Shown here one piece after another: positions 40,486 to 53,800 of a DNA stretch of 64,000 nt. Source of the DNA: Macrostomum lignano (taxonomy: Eukaryota); contig NIVC01000036.1 in NCBI GenBank assembly GCA_002269645.1, forward strand, positions 248,001 to 312,000. Direction: 5' to 3'. The translations under genes were made by a program, and so were the position numbers. Each line of letters begins with the position of its first letter. The first letter of the stretch is position 1. The notes under the pieces are model-generated. The model was not told the origin of the DNA. It worked only from the letters and a program-made list of their open reading frames with translations, and ran no database searches.

Positions 40486-40499
40486 GTTGCTATGGTAGC
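40486..40499. promoter_or_regulatory. RFX X-box-like motif GTTGCTATGGTAGC upstream of the LRRC74-like gene
   Basis: One mismatch to the X-box consensus GTNRYY-AT-RRYAAC; lies in the GRK2/LRRC74 divergent intergenic region. Confidence 0.45.
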
Positions 40500-40784
40500 G
40501 CGGGCGTACTCTGCACAATTTACAACCCTTTACTATAGACTCAATTCATTTTTACCCACTGTTGTTCCTTCATCATCATCAGCTCTGTCTGTCTCTCTTC
40601 CCCCTTGATTGTAAACCTGAGTGGGGCGCGGCTTCCCAACAAAAAGTGGTCATTTTGTATAGGAGCAGTTTCATTGTTCTCCACTGCTAAAAGAAGAGCA
40701 GTTAGGGACAGGGTAAAAGCCATAAAGGAAAATATGGTAGACTAAAATCGCCCAAAACGATGGAAGCCGATATTGCCGGATCTA

Positions 40785-41385
40785 TCTATCTCTCTCTCTC
40801 TCTCTCTATCTATCTCTCTCTCTCTCTATCTATCTATATATCTATCTATCTATCTACTACTACTTGAGTAGTCTGATTTTCGTTCGGCATGGCTGGTTCC
40901 AGAAGGTAGTTCCTCTGGATAAAAGCGCTTACCGCGCCCATTGGCTTTCCAGCTGCCTTAATCGTTTCCGGTGATCTTGTGTGCGTGCTTTCAGCTTGAT
41001 TGGCTGCGGCAAGCAACTTGTCTATATCTACTATATATCTATCTATCTATCTATATATCTATCTATCTATCTATCTATCTATCTCTCTCTCTCTCTCTCT
41101 ATCTATCTCTCTCTCTCTCTATCTATCTATATATCTATCTATCTATCTACTACTACTTGAGTAGTCTGATTTTCGTTCGGCATGGCTGGTTCCAGAAGGT
41201 AGTTCCTCTGGATAAAAGCGCTTACCGCGCCCATTGGCTTTCCAGCTGCCTTAATCGTTTCCGGTGATCTTGTGTGCGTGCTTTCAGCTTGATTGGCTGC
41301 GGCAAGCAACTTGTCTATATCTACTATATATCTATCTATCTATCTATATATCTATCTATCTATCTCTCTCTATCTATCAATCTAT
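40785..41385 (+). repeat. Two-copy ~293-bp tandem duplication separated by CT/TATC microsatellite
   Basis: TACTTGAGTAGTCTGATTTTCG... starts at 40861 and again at 41154, and the unique part appears identical. Confidence 0.92.
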
Positions 41386-41841
41386 CTAATCTAGCACTTC
41401 CCGTCTACAATGTGGAAGCAATGGACAAACATTGGGGAAGCTTTGGAGGAACAGAATCCTGAGTCCCATCTTTTTTATCGCAATCTACCATTCCACTAAT
41501 TGCAGTTTAGTGCGCTGGTATTTCTGCCTTGCGCACTCAATGCTGAAGCATTTCATTTGGAAAATTGAATGTTACTATAGAAATACAGTGGGGAGCGCAC
41601 GGGCAGAGAGCTGAGAGATGGAGAACAGAGGGAGACTGTAGTTGGAAGCGCTACTATAAATGAGCAGGGAGGCCCAGATACGGGCACAGGCATTCTCATT
41701 GGCCAGTGAGTTCCCCCAGAAGCAGAGGCCCAGTCCACCTTATTAAACTGTTGCTTTGCATTTGTCCAAGCTTTTGAAAAGCTAGAAGGGAATTGTCAGA
41801 CAAAATTCCAATCAAGAAAAGTTTTACCAACTACGTTGGAA

Positions 41842-44800
41842 ATGGCAAAGGCAGCTGAACCTGCCCGTTCGTCAATTCACGATGATGCAATCTTCGCCGA
41901 GGCCATGATGAAGCTGACCCTGTCGCCTCTGAATAGCGACGAGTCTGACACGGATCTGGATGTCAGCGGTGAGCGTGACGGAGATCGAGAAGGAGAGCGA
42001 GGTAGATTGAGAAGGAGAGCGAGGGAGGAGATTGAGAAGGAGAGTGAGGGAGGAGATTGAGAAGGAGAGCGAGGAGGGAGATTGAGAAGGAGAGAGTGAG
42101 TCAGATTGAGAAGGAGAAGCGAGTGGGGGAGATTGAGAAGGAGAGAGTGAGTCAGATTGAGAAGGAGAGCGAGGGGGGAGATTGAGAAGGAGAGAGTGAG
42201 TCAGATTGAGAAAGAGAGCGAGCTAGTCGGGGAGATTGAGAAGTAGAGTGAGAAAACACACTGAAGAACACTCTGATCACCCCCTTCTCAAATTACAGCG
42301 GAGGAGCAGCAGGCCGAGCGCTGCAGTTTCAAGAGCGAGCGTCGAACCCGAACAAAAGATGAGCTCGCTCTGATGTCGGGCAGGGAGCCTCCGAAGCAGC
42401 TGAGCCGCAGTCAGACGGTATATCTGGAAACCTGCAGAGAGTCGAGACTCACCGAGCAGGGCCGAGTGCTCAACGGTTTGTCGTTGGAGACGCTGAGCTT
42501 GAGGAATCGCTACATGGGATCGAAATCTTTGAGGCCCGTCAGTCTGGCGCTCAGGGTGAGATGAGATCGAAAAATTTGGGATCTGTCTGGATTGCCTTTT
42601 ATTCCGGATGGTACACAGATATAGGCTTTGTTTTCAATAGTTATTAAACATTGTGTCATCATAACTGCTTTACTTGTCGCAGGTTAATAGCAACGTAACT
42701 AAGCTCGATTTCACTTGCAACGGAATTGATGCGGAAGGCATGCTGTGCCTTGCCAGGGTGCTGAAAGTGAACACCACTGTGCAGGAGCTGGTGAGTTCAT
42801 GTGCCGTTGTGCTAACGGGGGAGTGAGGTGGGTAAGAGAGACGGGGAGTGAGGTGGGTGAAAGAGACGGGAGTGAGGTGGGTGAGACAGACGGGGAGTGA
42901 GGTGGGTGAAAGAGACGGGAGTGAGGTGGGTGAGACAGACGGGGAGTGAGGTGGGTGAAAGAGACGGGAGTGAGGTGGGTGAGACGGATGGGAGTGAGGT
43001 GGGTGAGAGAGACGGGAATGAGGTGGGTGAGAGAGACGGGAATGAGGTGGGTGAGAGGGACGGGAGAGGTTGGTGAGAGGGACGGGAGTGAGGTGGGTGA
43101 GAGAGACGGGAATGAGGTGGGTGAAAGAGACGGGAGTGAGGTGGGTGAGAGGGGCGGGAGTGAGGTGGATGAGAGGGACGGGAGTGGGGTGGGTGAGAGG
43201 GGCGGGAGTGAGGTGGGTGAGAGAGACGGGCCCGGACTGCCACTTATGTTGGTGCAACGTTTTTCCAATCATTGAAATTAGGTGTTTCTTTAACATTTAA
43301 ATTACATTAATTTTGACCCGCTTTGTACGGTTTTTTCAACGTTGTAGGCCAACGTTGGTAACCCACCATTAAACAACCTTCTAACAACCTTTCTGTGAGA
43401 GCTCGTACATACTACTAGCAGTAGTGAGCACAGTAAAGGCACTCAATCTTGTTTTTATATATTGAATCCTATAGTTTGCAACGCAGGATTTGCCTCATTT
43501 TTCTGTAATATCAACAAAAGAAACTCACTCGGTATCAGAGCTAGTTTATGAAAGCGAGTATATTTATTTTATTTTTATTAACAAAAAAGTTCACATATAA
43601 CTTTTTTACGATATATTGGCGATGTTCATAAATATTAGCATAGAGTTAAGAAAGTAAAGAAGGTTTTACATGTAGTACGAGCGTACTGCAATACTGTAGT
43701 ATTGCAATGTAGTACTGTTAAAGAAACATTTTTACATGTAGTACTGCAATGTAAGAAGACACAAGAGTAAGTACAACATTAAGCTTGGGGTTACATACTT
43801 GGGATACATGGGCTATCATTTATGTAACCTTTAGTCTTCAGTGGTAATCCGACCCGATTAATTTCACACATACATTTTACACATTCAAGTAAAACACTTA
43901 GTAAAATTTTCAAAAAGTTTAAACTACAAAAAGATGCAGCAGACTAACAGACGCGAAAAACAAAGCAAAAGGTTTTATCTGCTTCACTAAGCTTAAAAAA
44001 TACATTCACTTTTAATATAATTTGGCAAACGCACTTTTCGAAAATTTAGCTCACTACTGTTAGTAGCTAATACTGCACAAACAGTAAACCTTAAGCGACC
44101 GAAACAGTTAAATTATGAAAGATTATGCACAACCAGACATAAAAAGTTTTTTAATCTGATATATAAGAACAGAATAAGATAATATTTTACTAAAACTAAA
44201 CATAAAATGATTTTTAAGATCAGCCAGGCCCCCTTTTATAAAAATAAGATTAATCCTGTCTACAAAGTCCCAAGCTCCTGCACCGAAGGTTTACCCTTTC
44301 GGCTTTCTACGATTTCTAAGAAACCCTTAGCAATTAGATAGTTAAAATTACTTATTTTTTTCACTTTGTGATAACAATTGAACCAAGGTTGCTTTTTACC
44401 TGTTTGGTATAACACTTTCATATCAACGATTTTAAAATCTAGACTTTAATATTAAAGCGACACAGTTCATGGCCCCTATATGCAAACTTTCATTTTTGCT
44501 TTTCTTATTCAATCGATTTTACTAGTGCTGGTCCTAAAAATTATATCACCCTGGATTAAATACCAAGATTGAATAGCTAACATATGAGGAGAGGAAACAT
44601 ACATAGTGCACAGCTTTAGTTTGAGTAAATTTGATCCAACAAGTCAAAGTCGTCTTCATCATCAGCCTCCATCGACTCTTCTGAAGAAGATGCGACAGCT
44701 CCAGCTGCCATCTCGAGCTGCTGTGAAGCCTGGCTCTGCTTCTTCACTCGAATGCCGGCGTGCCTCAAATGTTCGGCCACGGCTAGGCCCACCGAAACTG

Positions 44801-47800
44801 CAGTTGCGTCCTTGAAAATGCCTCCTGCTGCATCTGAAGCAAAAAAAGTATAAATTGATAATTTGTATTTTTCCATGTCCATAACCTTATTAAAAACCGT
44901 TTCATTAACTGTTGCAATCTTCGATTTTACTGCCTACTTAGTGGTTTAGATATTATATGCACTACTCATGTACTTACTAGCAATGATCGGCAGCAGTCCG
45001 AGACTCGAAAAACTCTTTTTTGATTTGCCTTGGCGGGTTGCTCCACGAAGGCTCATCTGAGCCGCCAGTTCATCGGTCATCAGAAGCCGCAGTATATTAA
45101 AGACTAGATGATTGAGTCGTCTCCCTCCAAGTGAGCGAAAGTGCCGACACCTTGAAAGGACGAGATAAAGTAGTTAAATTAATTACGAGCGTACCTCTGT
45201 GATTTTTTCGCCTGATATACTATGCATTCAAATGATAGCAACATTGGCAGCTTACAGCGTGTTTGACAGCCTTTCGATCAGACTGAAGAGCCGCCACCCA
45301 GTTTTGTAAGGCAACGAACTCTGTACATGGCAGTCCATCGAACAGACTGTGTAAGTCACCGTCATCTTCTGAAGGTCCACCAGATGTGCGAGCCACCAAC
45401 TTGTTCTGAAGGTCAACCAAAGAACTTTTCACTGAAGTATGCTGTGCGCGAATCACACCTGTCAATAAGTATTTTAGTCACATCTCTCTGTTAAAAATTA
45501 AGCCTTTGCCATTTGGGGTTTTTCAAAGCTATATATTACGTTCGTTTATACTACATTTAAATTTAAATTTACACTGCTAGACTACTCTATCTCAATGGAT
45601 TATCTCATTCAATTGTCTGTCACAACTGTCCTCAGAAATTTAAGCGTTTCGAGTTTGAAAATTATGCAGACTCACTCTCCAGTCGCTCAACGGCTGCAGT
45701 GAGCTTCTCGACTTGTGAACTCAAGTTGGTGATACTTAGGTTGATGCCTGCAAGCCCTTCCTTTGGCAAGCTTGAGACTTGGACTGGACCAGCTGGTGTT
45801 GATTATCCTGCTGTGCAGCTTGCCGAAACGTTTCGAGCGGCGGAGGTGGAGACGCAAGGGCATGAAGCGTTGGTGGGGGTGAATCTGGAGGTCGGGCCAC
45901 TCGTCGACTTTGTCTGCCAACACGCGAGCTCCCAGCTTCCACAGCTTCATTGATGAAGCGACTGACTGTCTTTCGAAGACGAGGAGCATCAGAGTCGCTT
46001 GTTTCCACTGTCCCTTTGCTCAGAAAGCGCCGTCGTAGTTTAACGGCCTCTGGGAGAGTGGCTGAAGTTTAAAATTAAAAGGCATTTTCCCTGGTGTGAG
46101 ATGCGATTGCCCAAGAAAGAATTGTTGAGTAATTAAATGGAATGGACCCTTGTCTTACCTCGAGATCCGACAACTTCAACGGTTTCCACAGCCCAGTTCT
46201 CATTCGGTGTCCTGTGGCCTTTGATGGCTTGATTGTACTCTGCTGCAGGGGGCCAGTGCACAGAAGTTCCGCTTTCAAACCATTCTTTTAGGACGATTTC
46301 TACACTATCGTCTTCAAAAAGAACCAAGACAAACCTGTTGTCCGATGACATGCTGTCTCAAAGTTGTGCTAAATACGATCTTAAAGCATATAATCAGTCG
46401 TGATACATGCAAATCTTTGCGATAGGGAATGAAACGGAAATAAAAAACAAATGTTAGAATAGGTTTCATGGTTCAGATCTTCCGATTGGTTTGAAATTTT
46501 TGCATGCAGGAAGGAGGTTTAAAAAATTTCTCCGCACGACCCAATGAGAAGCAGCTGAGCTGAATGTTACTTTAAAATTTAGTAGACTGTAAAGTCGCAC
46601 GGCATTGGACGCGCCAACATCTGAACTCACGGGAGGCGCAATAGTGTTCATGCGACCCACGCTTCCAGCTTTACCAATCCAAAATTCCCAGTTCCATACT
46701 TTAAGTTTTTACACTTAACAAAATTAATTTTTTTAATTGCAGCTTTTTCATTTTAGACCCTTATGAGCTATTTATAAACTGCAGCATTTTACAAATATAA
46801 CTATGATTCAGGGGCGGATCTATTCAAGGGCGGCCGCCCCCCCAAAAACAGCTTGATAAAAAATATTGCTTCCCCTAAGACCTAAGTTTTTTGGGGGAGC
46901 CCTTTAACTTGATTTCTGCGCCCCCTAGCTAAAAAATTGGCGCCCCTGATATTTATGTTGGCGCCCCAAACTTGGACCGCCCCCTTAAATGAAATTCTAG
47001 ACCCGCCACTGTTATGATTATATTTGATTTCATAATGTGTCCAACAACAAACAACTCGTGAAATCCAGTTGGGCAAGAAAAGATTCGTGCCTGTCTGTTG
47101 CAGATTTAAAATGCACGATTCGAAATTTTATTTCAATGTAGAAATTTATGCTACCTTAGGTTAATTAAAATTTATGAAGCAAATAAATACAAACTAAAAA
47201 GCTAAGTGGAGAAACTGACAAGAAGCGCAGGAGAAAATATGAAACTAATGGATTGATTGGGAAGAGGATTTCAACTTCTCGCGTGTTAGCCACTGGATAT
47301 TGCACACTTTTGAGCAGTGGCACAGCAGAATAACAGAATAGACAGATAAAAAATAAATGTGTTAATACGCCCGTATATGCCAATTTTACTTACTACAAGA
47401 TGATTTAAAATATCAGGATCAAAAAATTCTACAGCAATCAACGCGTACGCTCGTATCAGAGCGTCTGTTTACTGGATTATGGGGGTCTTTTATTTTTGGA
47501 AAAGTTCACGTTCAGCCGGTTCAGGCAGGCTGTTTTTCTCTCACCGATTCCATATAGTGTCACTTTATTTGCACCTAAAATGCACCTTGTAAGAATATCA
47601 TTCATTGAAGTTGGCTCAAGAATTCTTTGTTCCGTGCTTCTTTGTTCTTTGTGTTTTGCTTTAAAATGTCCCTAAGTTGGGGGTGGGGGACTAAATTCAT
47701 TCTCAGTTAACCCGAAAGCAAGCACACGCTATATATGTTGTACAGAGCTAGTATAGAATAATGCTATAGCATATGCTTGGCTGCAATTCCCACGATGCTT

Positions 47801-50800
47801 CAATATAGCTTCTTGATAAGAACAGATCTTATCTTTTATCAACCTTCTGACCAGGAAATATTCTCGTCGATCAATGAACTTGCTTTTGGTTAGAACTATA
47901 TGCGCTTTGGCCTTGCTTTGCTTCTATAAACTAGGAGGTAACATGGTACAAATAAATTCATTCATTTCATGAATATGAAAAAAACCAGCTGCACAAAATT
48001 ATTGTTTTTTTCTATTGAATACAAAAAACAAAAAAAAACTAATGAATTCGAAGAACAGCGAGCTACACGGTAAATTACAAAAGCGGGGAATAAATTGAGG
48101 CGCCGTAAATAATTATTCGCATCCTATAGTGTGCAACAGTGGAAAGGAAACCAACTTGCCATTTAGAGCGATAACAAGCGCTTTGCAGTGAAGTTCATCA
48201 ATGCCTAGTATGCAATGGGTATCTGACAGGCTGCTCACAACAGAAATCATGTTGGTTTGGAAAGAGTTCACTGGGGTGTTATAAAGAGGCTCAGATGAGC
48301 AGAAGCGTCGCACATGCAAGTAGCAGGAATTCCGGGAAAATGGGCAAATCCGGGAAAATCAATCAGGAATTGCCAAGCTGTATCAGTAGCCTCAGCTTTG
48401 GGATTCTACACATCATTAGAGTGTGCCAGTCGGTATCAGCCGCAGAAAGAATCGTGTCTCTAGATTAATCCGCTTTCCAGATATTCGAAGGCGGCGATTC
48501 GGGAAAATTCTAATGCATTCAAATGGGCAAATCCGGGAAAATCAATCAGGAATTGCCAAGCTGTATCAGTAGCCTCAGCTTTGGGATTCTACACATCATT
48601 AGAGTGTGCCAGTCGGTATCAGCCGCAGAAAGAATCGTGTCTCTAGATTAATCCGCTTTCCAGATATTCGAAGGCGGCGATTCGGGAAAATTCTAATGCA
48701 TTCAAATGGGCAAATCCGGGAAAATCAATCAGGAATTGCCAAGCTGTATCAGTAGCCTCAGCTTTGGGATTCTACACATCATTAGAGTGTGCCAGTCGGT
48801 ATCAGCCGCAGAAAGAATCGTGTCTCTAGATTAATCCGCTTTCCAGATATTCGAAGGCGGCGATTCGGGAAAATTCTAATGCATTCAAATGGGCAAATCC
48901 GGGAAAATCAATCAGGAATTGCCAAGCTGTATCAGTAGCCTCAGCTTTGGGATTCTACACATCATTAGAGTGTGCCAGTCGGTATCAGCCGCAGAAAGAA
49001 TCGTGTCTCTAGATTAATCCGCTTTCCAGATATTCGAAGGCGGCGTTTCGGGATGACGTGACGAACGACGAGGACCAGTACCAGTACTCAATGTTTTAAT
49101 TGAGAATGAGAAATTCTATTTTACAGAAATGAACGAATGAATGCTCTACTGCACTTAGAAGATCACGAAAGCACCCTTACAAATATAAAGGAAGTGGTTT
49201 ATATTGCTTTGAAAGACAGACTTAATGCTGTAATTGGTTAGAAGGATAGGAAATATAGGAAAAATATTAGTGCATGGAGTTTACAGTATACACACACCTT
49301 TTGACTGTCAACTGTCACCCCACCGTGTCATTCTTTCTCTGTTGCGGTTTGGTGGGGGAGGCTGTCAGTGTTCTCTCAATTGGCCGCGCTTCAACCAATA
49401 GGAACAAATATTCTATAGAATTCTTTAGAATTCCAGAACGATTCCATGGAAAAATCGTGTCTTTCCGTGAACCCAACTGTATTCTACAACTAATTGAGTA
49501 ATCGGGTGTGATTTTCCAGTGGGTTATATTGATGCTTTCAAACGAATACTCTTTAGGACCTTACTGTCAGTAGTAGCTAACTATAACGGGCAACCATATT
49601 ATACATGTATGAATACGTTTTTCACCCGACCATCAAAATCAAAATCAAAATATAAAGTTATTCGGCGCCTTCAGCAAACTGGAAACTAAGCTCATAATTA
49701 ATAGTACGTGTAATGTAACTTATAACAGAAATATCTGATTCATTGTAATTGCCATCAGCTCAGCTATAGCTGCCTGTACGCTCGTACATGTAGCAGAAAA
49801 ACAGTTTCAGCTTCCGTATCGTCGTCCAGCGAATTTATTTTTTCATCTTATCTTCGAGCTCCATGTACGAAAAGCTTTGCATAATTAATACAAGCGGGAA
49901 CAGATTAGTTTACCCGATTAACAGTAAACAGTTTTTAAAAAAATTTCCGGCCAATTCGTCTATTTTGTACAGGTATACAAACATGCGTATGATGCTACTA
50001 AAAGTAAATGTGCCGCAAATGTGCGGTATTTTCCTTCGTTGAATGTCCCACATTGTTCCAACGTTTTTTCAACAGCCCATACGACTATTCACTTTGCCCA
50101 AATATCCTTTTCGTTGGACGAACGTTTTTTGGCAGCCCGGGGGGGAGAGAGGTGGGTGAGACGGACGGGAGTGAGGTGGGTGAGAGGGACGGGAATGAGG
50201 TGGGTGAGACGGATGGGAGTGAGGTGGGTGAGAGAGACGGGAATGAGGTGGGTGAGACGGACGGGAGTGATGTGGATGTGAGGGACGGGAATGAGGTGGG
50301 TGAGAGGGACGGGAGAGGTTGGTGAGAGGGACGGGAGTGAGGTGGGTGAGAGAGACGGGAATGAGGTGGGTGAAAGAGACGGGAGTGAGGTGGGTGAGAG
50401 GGGCGGGAGTTAGGTGGATGAGAGGGACGGGAGTGGGGTGGGTGAGAGGGGCGGGAGTGAGGTGGGTGAGAGAGACGGGGAGAGAGGTGGGTGAGACGGA
50501 CGGGAGTGAGGTGGGTGAGAGGGACGGGAATGAGGTGGGTGAGACGGACGGGAGTGAGGTGGGTGAGAGAGACGGGAATGAGGTGGGTGAGACGGACGGG
50601 AGTGATGTGGATGTGAGGGACGGGAGTGAGGTGGGTGAGAGAGATGTAATTCAAGCGTGCCTTTTCAATATTTTAGATTCTGGCCTCAAACTGCATCGGA
50701 GACAAGGGCGCCATCGCTGTGGCAGACATGATGAAGGCCAATGCAACAATTCACACGCTGGACTTGAGTAGTAAGAAGCTGATTATTTCGAGTGCAAGGT

Positions 50801-53800
50801 TTTTAAACATGACTAAAGCTCATTCATTCATCATACACCGCAAGTCAAACATTAAACATCAAACATCACTCGTCAATCATCAATAATCAATCACTAATCA
50901 TCAATCATCAATAATCAATCATAATTAATCTAACATCAATCATCAATCATCAATCATCAATCATCAATCATCAATCATCAATCACTAATCATCAATCATC
51001 AATAATCAATCATCATTAATCTAACATCAATCATCAAACACCAATCATCAGTCATCAATCATCAGTCATCAATCATCAATCATCAATCATCAATCATCAA
51101 TCATCAATCACTAATCATCAATCATCAATAATCAATCATCATTAATCTAACATCAATCATCAAACACCAATCATCAGTCATCAATCATCAGTCATCAATC
51201 ATCAATCATCAATCATCAATCATCAATCATCAATCATCAATCATCAATCATCAATCATCAATCATCAAGTATCAATCATCAATCATCAATCATCAATCAT
51301 CAATCATCAATCATCAATCATCAATCATCAATCATCAATCATCAATCATCAATCATCAAGTATCAATCATCAATCATCAATCATCAATCATCAATCATCA
51401 AGTATCAATCATCAATCATCAATCATCAATCATCAATCATCAAGTATCAATCATCAATCATCAATCATCAATCATCAATCATCAATCATCAATCATCAAT
51501 CACTAATCATCAATCATCAATCATTAATCATTAATCATCAATCATCAATCATCAATCATCAATCATCAATCATCAATCACTAATCATCAATCATCAATAA
51601 TCAATCATCATTAATCTAACATCAATCATCAAACACCAATCATCAGTCATCAATCATCAGTCATCAATCATCAATCATCAATCATCAAGTATCAATCATC
51701 AATCATCAATCATCAATCATCAATCACTAATCATCAATCATCAATCATTAATCATTAATCATCAATCATTAATCATCAATCATCAATCATCAATCACCAA
51801 TCATCAATAATCAATTATCAAACATCAAACATCAATCATGAAACACCAATCATCAGTCATCAATCATCAATCATCAATCATTAATCATCAATCATCAATC
51901 ATCAATCATCAATCATCAAGTATCAATCATCAATCATCAATCATCAATCATCAATCATCAATCATCAATCATCAATCATCAATCATCAATCATCAATCAT
52001 CAATCATCAAGTATCAATCATCAATCATCAATCATCAATCATCAATCATCAAGTATCAATCATCAATCATCAATCATCAATCATCAATCATCAATCATCA
52101 ATCATCAAGTATCAATCATCAATCATCAATCATCAATAATCAATCTTCAATCACTAATCATCAGTCATCAGTCATCAATCATCAATCATCAATCATCAAT
52201 CATCAATCATCAATTATCAATCACTAATCATCAGTCATCAATCATCAATCATCAATCATCAATCATCAATAATCAATCTTCAATCACTAATCATCAGTCA
52301 TCAGTCATCAATCATCAATCATCAATCATTAATCATCAATCATCAATCATTAATCATCAATCATCAATCATCAATCATCAATCATCAATCATCAATCATC
52401 AAACATCAATCATCGCTTGCAGGCAACCAGATCGGCGAAGAAGGCGGCAAGTTCATCGCCCTCGGCATCGAAGAGAACGAATCAGTTCGCCGGTTGAACA
52501 TCAGCAACAACAGATTCTCGGAGACTGGCGCCTTGTATATCGGCCGAGCTCTGGCCGAGAACTTCATCCTGGAGGAGCTGGACATCAGCTGGTGCCGGGC
52601 GCGCAAAGTTGGCGCAGTCGGCCTCTGTCAGGGCGTTCGACGGAATGTCAGCCTGGCGCAGGTCAGCCTGGCCTGGAACGGCTTCGGCTACGAGGGGGCG
52701 CTGGCACTCGCCGAGCTGCTGAAGGGCAACAAATACGTCCGGGAGCTGGACGTGAGCCACTGCCGCATCAACTGGCAGGGCGCCACCCTGGTGGCCAACG
52801 GCCTGCGGGCCAACTGTTATCTGGAGACGCTGAGGGTGAGCTCTGCACCCACTCACTCACTCACTCACCCCCTCACTCACTCACTCACTCACACACTCAC
52901 TCACTCACTCACACACTCACTCACTCACTCACTCACTCACTCACTCACTCACTCACTCACTCACTCACCCCCTCACTCACTCACTCACTCACTCACTCAT
53001 TCGTTCGTTAACTTCAGATCGGTGGCAATCCATTGTCAACCACCGGCTGTATGGACATCCTGGAGTCCCTGACCGGCCTGAACTGCTCCATCAGCTTACT
53101 GGATTTGAGGGTAACTATTCAATAATAATAAATATGAGAAAATAAGAAAGCAAATCAAAGTGCACTATTGCATTAGTAGCATTATGAGAAGCAGACTTCG
53201 TTTCTGAAATATTTGCATGATCGCCCACGAAATCTACACAAATCCTTTTGTTTCTTACCCCTCTGAATCTACCCCTCTGAATCTAACCCTCTGAATCTAC
53301 CCCTCTGAATCTAACCCTCTAAATCTACCCCTCTAAATCTACCCCTCTGAATCTACCCCTCTAAATCTACCCCTCTAAATCTACCCCTCTGAATCTACCC
53401 CTCTAAATCTACCCCTCTAAATCTACCCCTCTAAATCTACCCCTCTAAATCTACCCCTCTAAATCTACCCCTCTGAATCTACCCCTCTGAATCTACCCCT
53501 CTGAATCTACCCCTCTAAATCTACCCCTCTAAATCTACCCCTCTGAATCTAACCCTCTATATCTACCTTTCTGAAGCTACCCCTCTGAATCTACCTCTCT
53601 AAATCTACCCCTCTGAAACTACTCCTCTGAATCTACCCTTCTGAATCTAATCCTCTGAATCTACCCCTATGAATCTAGCCCTCTAAATCTACCCCTCTGA
53701 ATCTACCCTTCTGAATCTAATCCTCTGAATCTACCCCTATGAATCTAGCCCTCTAAATCTAACCCTCTGAATCTACCTTTCTGAAGCTACCCCTCTGAAT

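Larger units (their letters stand above)
43231..50141 (-). mobile_element. 6.9-kb CMC/EnSpm(CACTA)-like DNA transposon, internally deleted
   Basis: TIRs CCCGGACTGCCA..GTTGGTGCAACG and CCCGGGCTGCCA..GTTCGTCCAACG, CAACGTT/ACAACCTT subterminal repeats, and 2-3 duplicated G bases at the insertion site. It interrupts a 24-bp array and contains a transposase-like C-terminus and an accessory gene. Confidence 0.85.

Noticed and set aside
47750-47935. Minus-strand open frame KAHIVLTKSKFIDRREYFLVRRLIKDK... inside the transposon
   Set aside because: No start codon, no good donor and no recognisable homology; it may be a decayed exon but cannot be supported
48335-49052. CRISPR-like array (also considered for the 24-bp arrays)
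   Set aside because: Eukaryotic context, no unique spacers and no cas genes; these are plain tandem repeats
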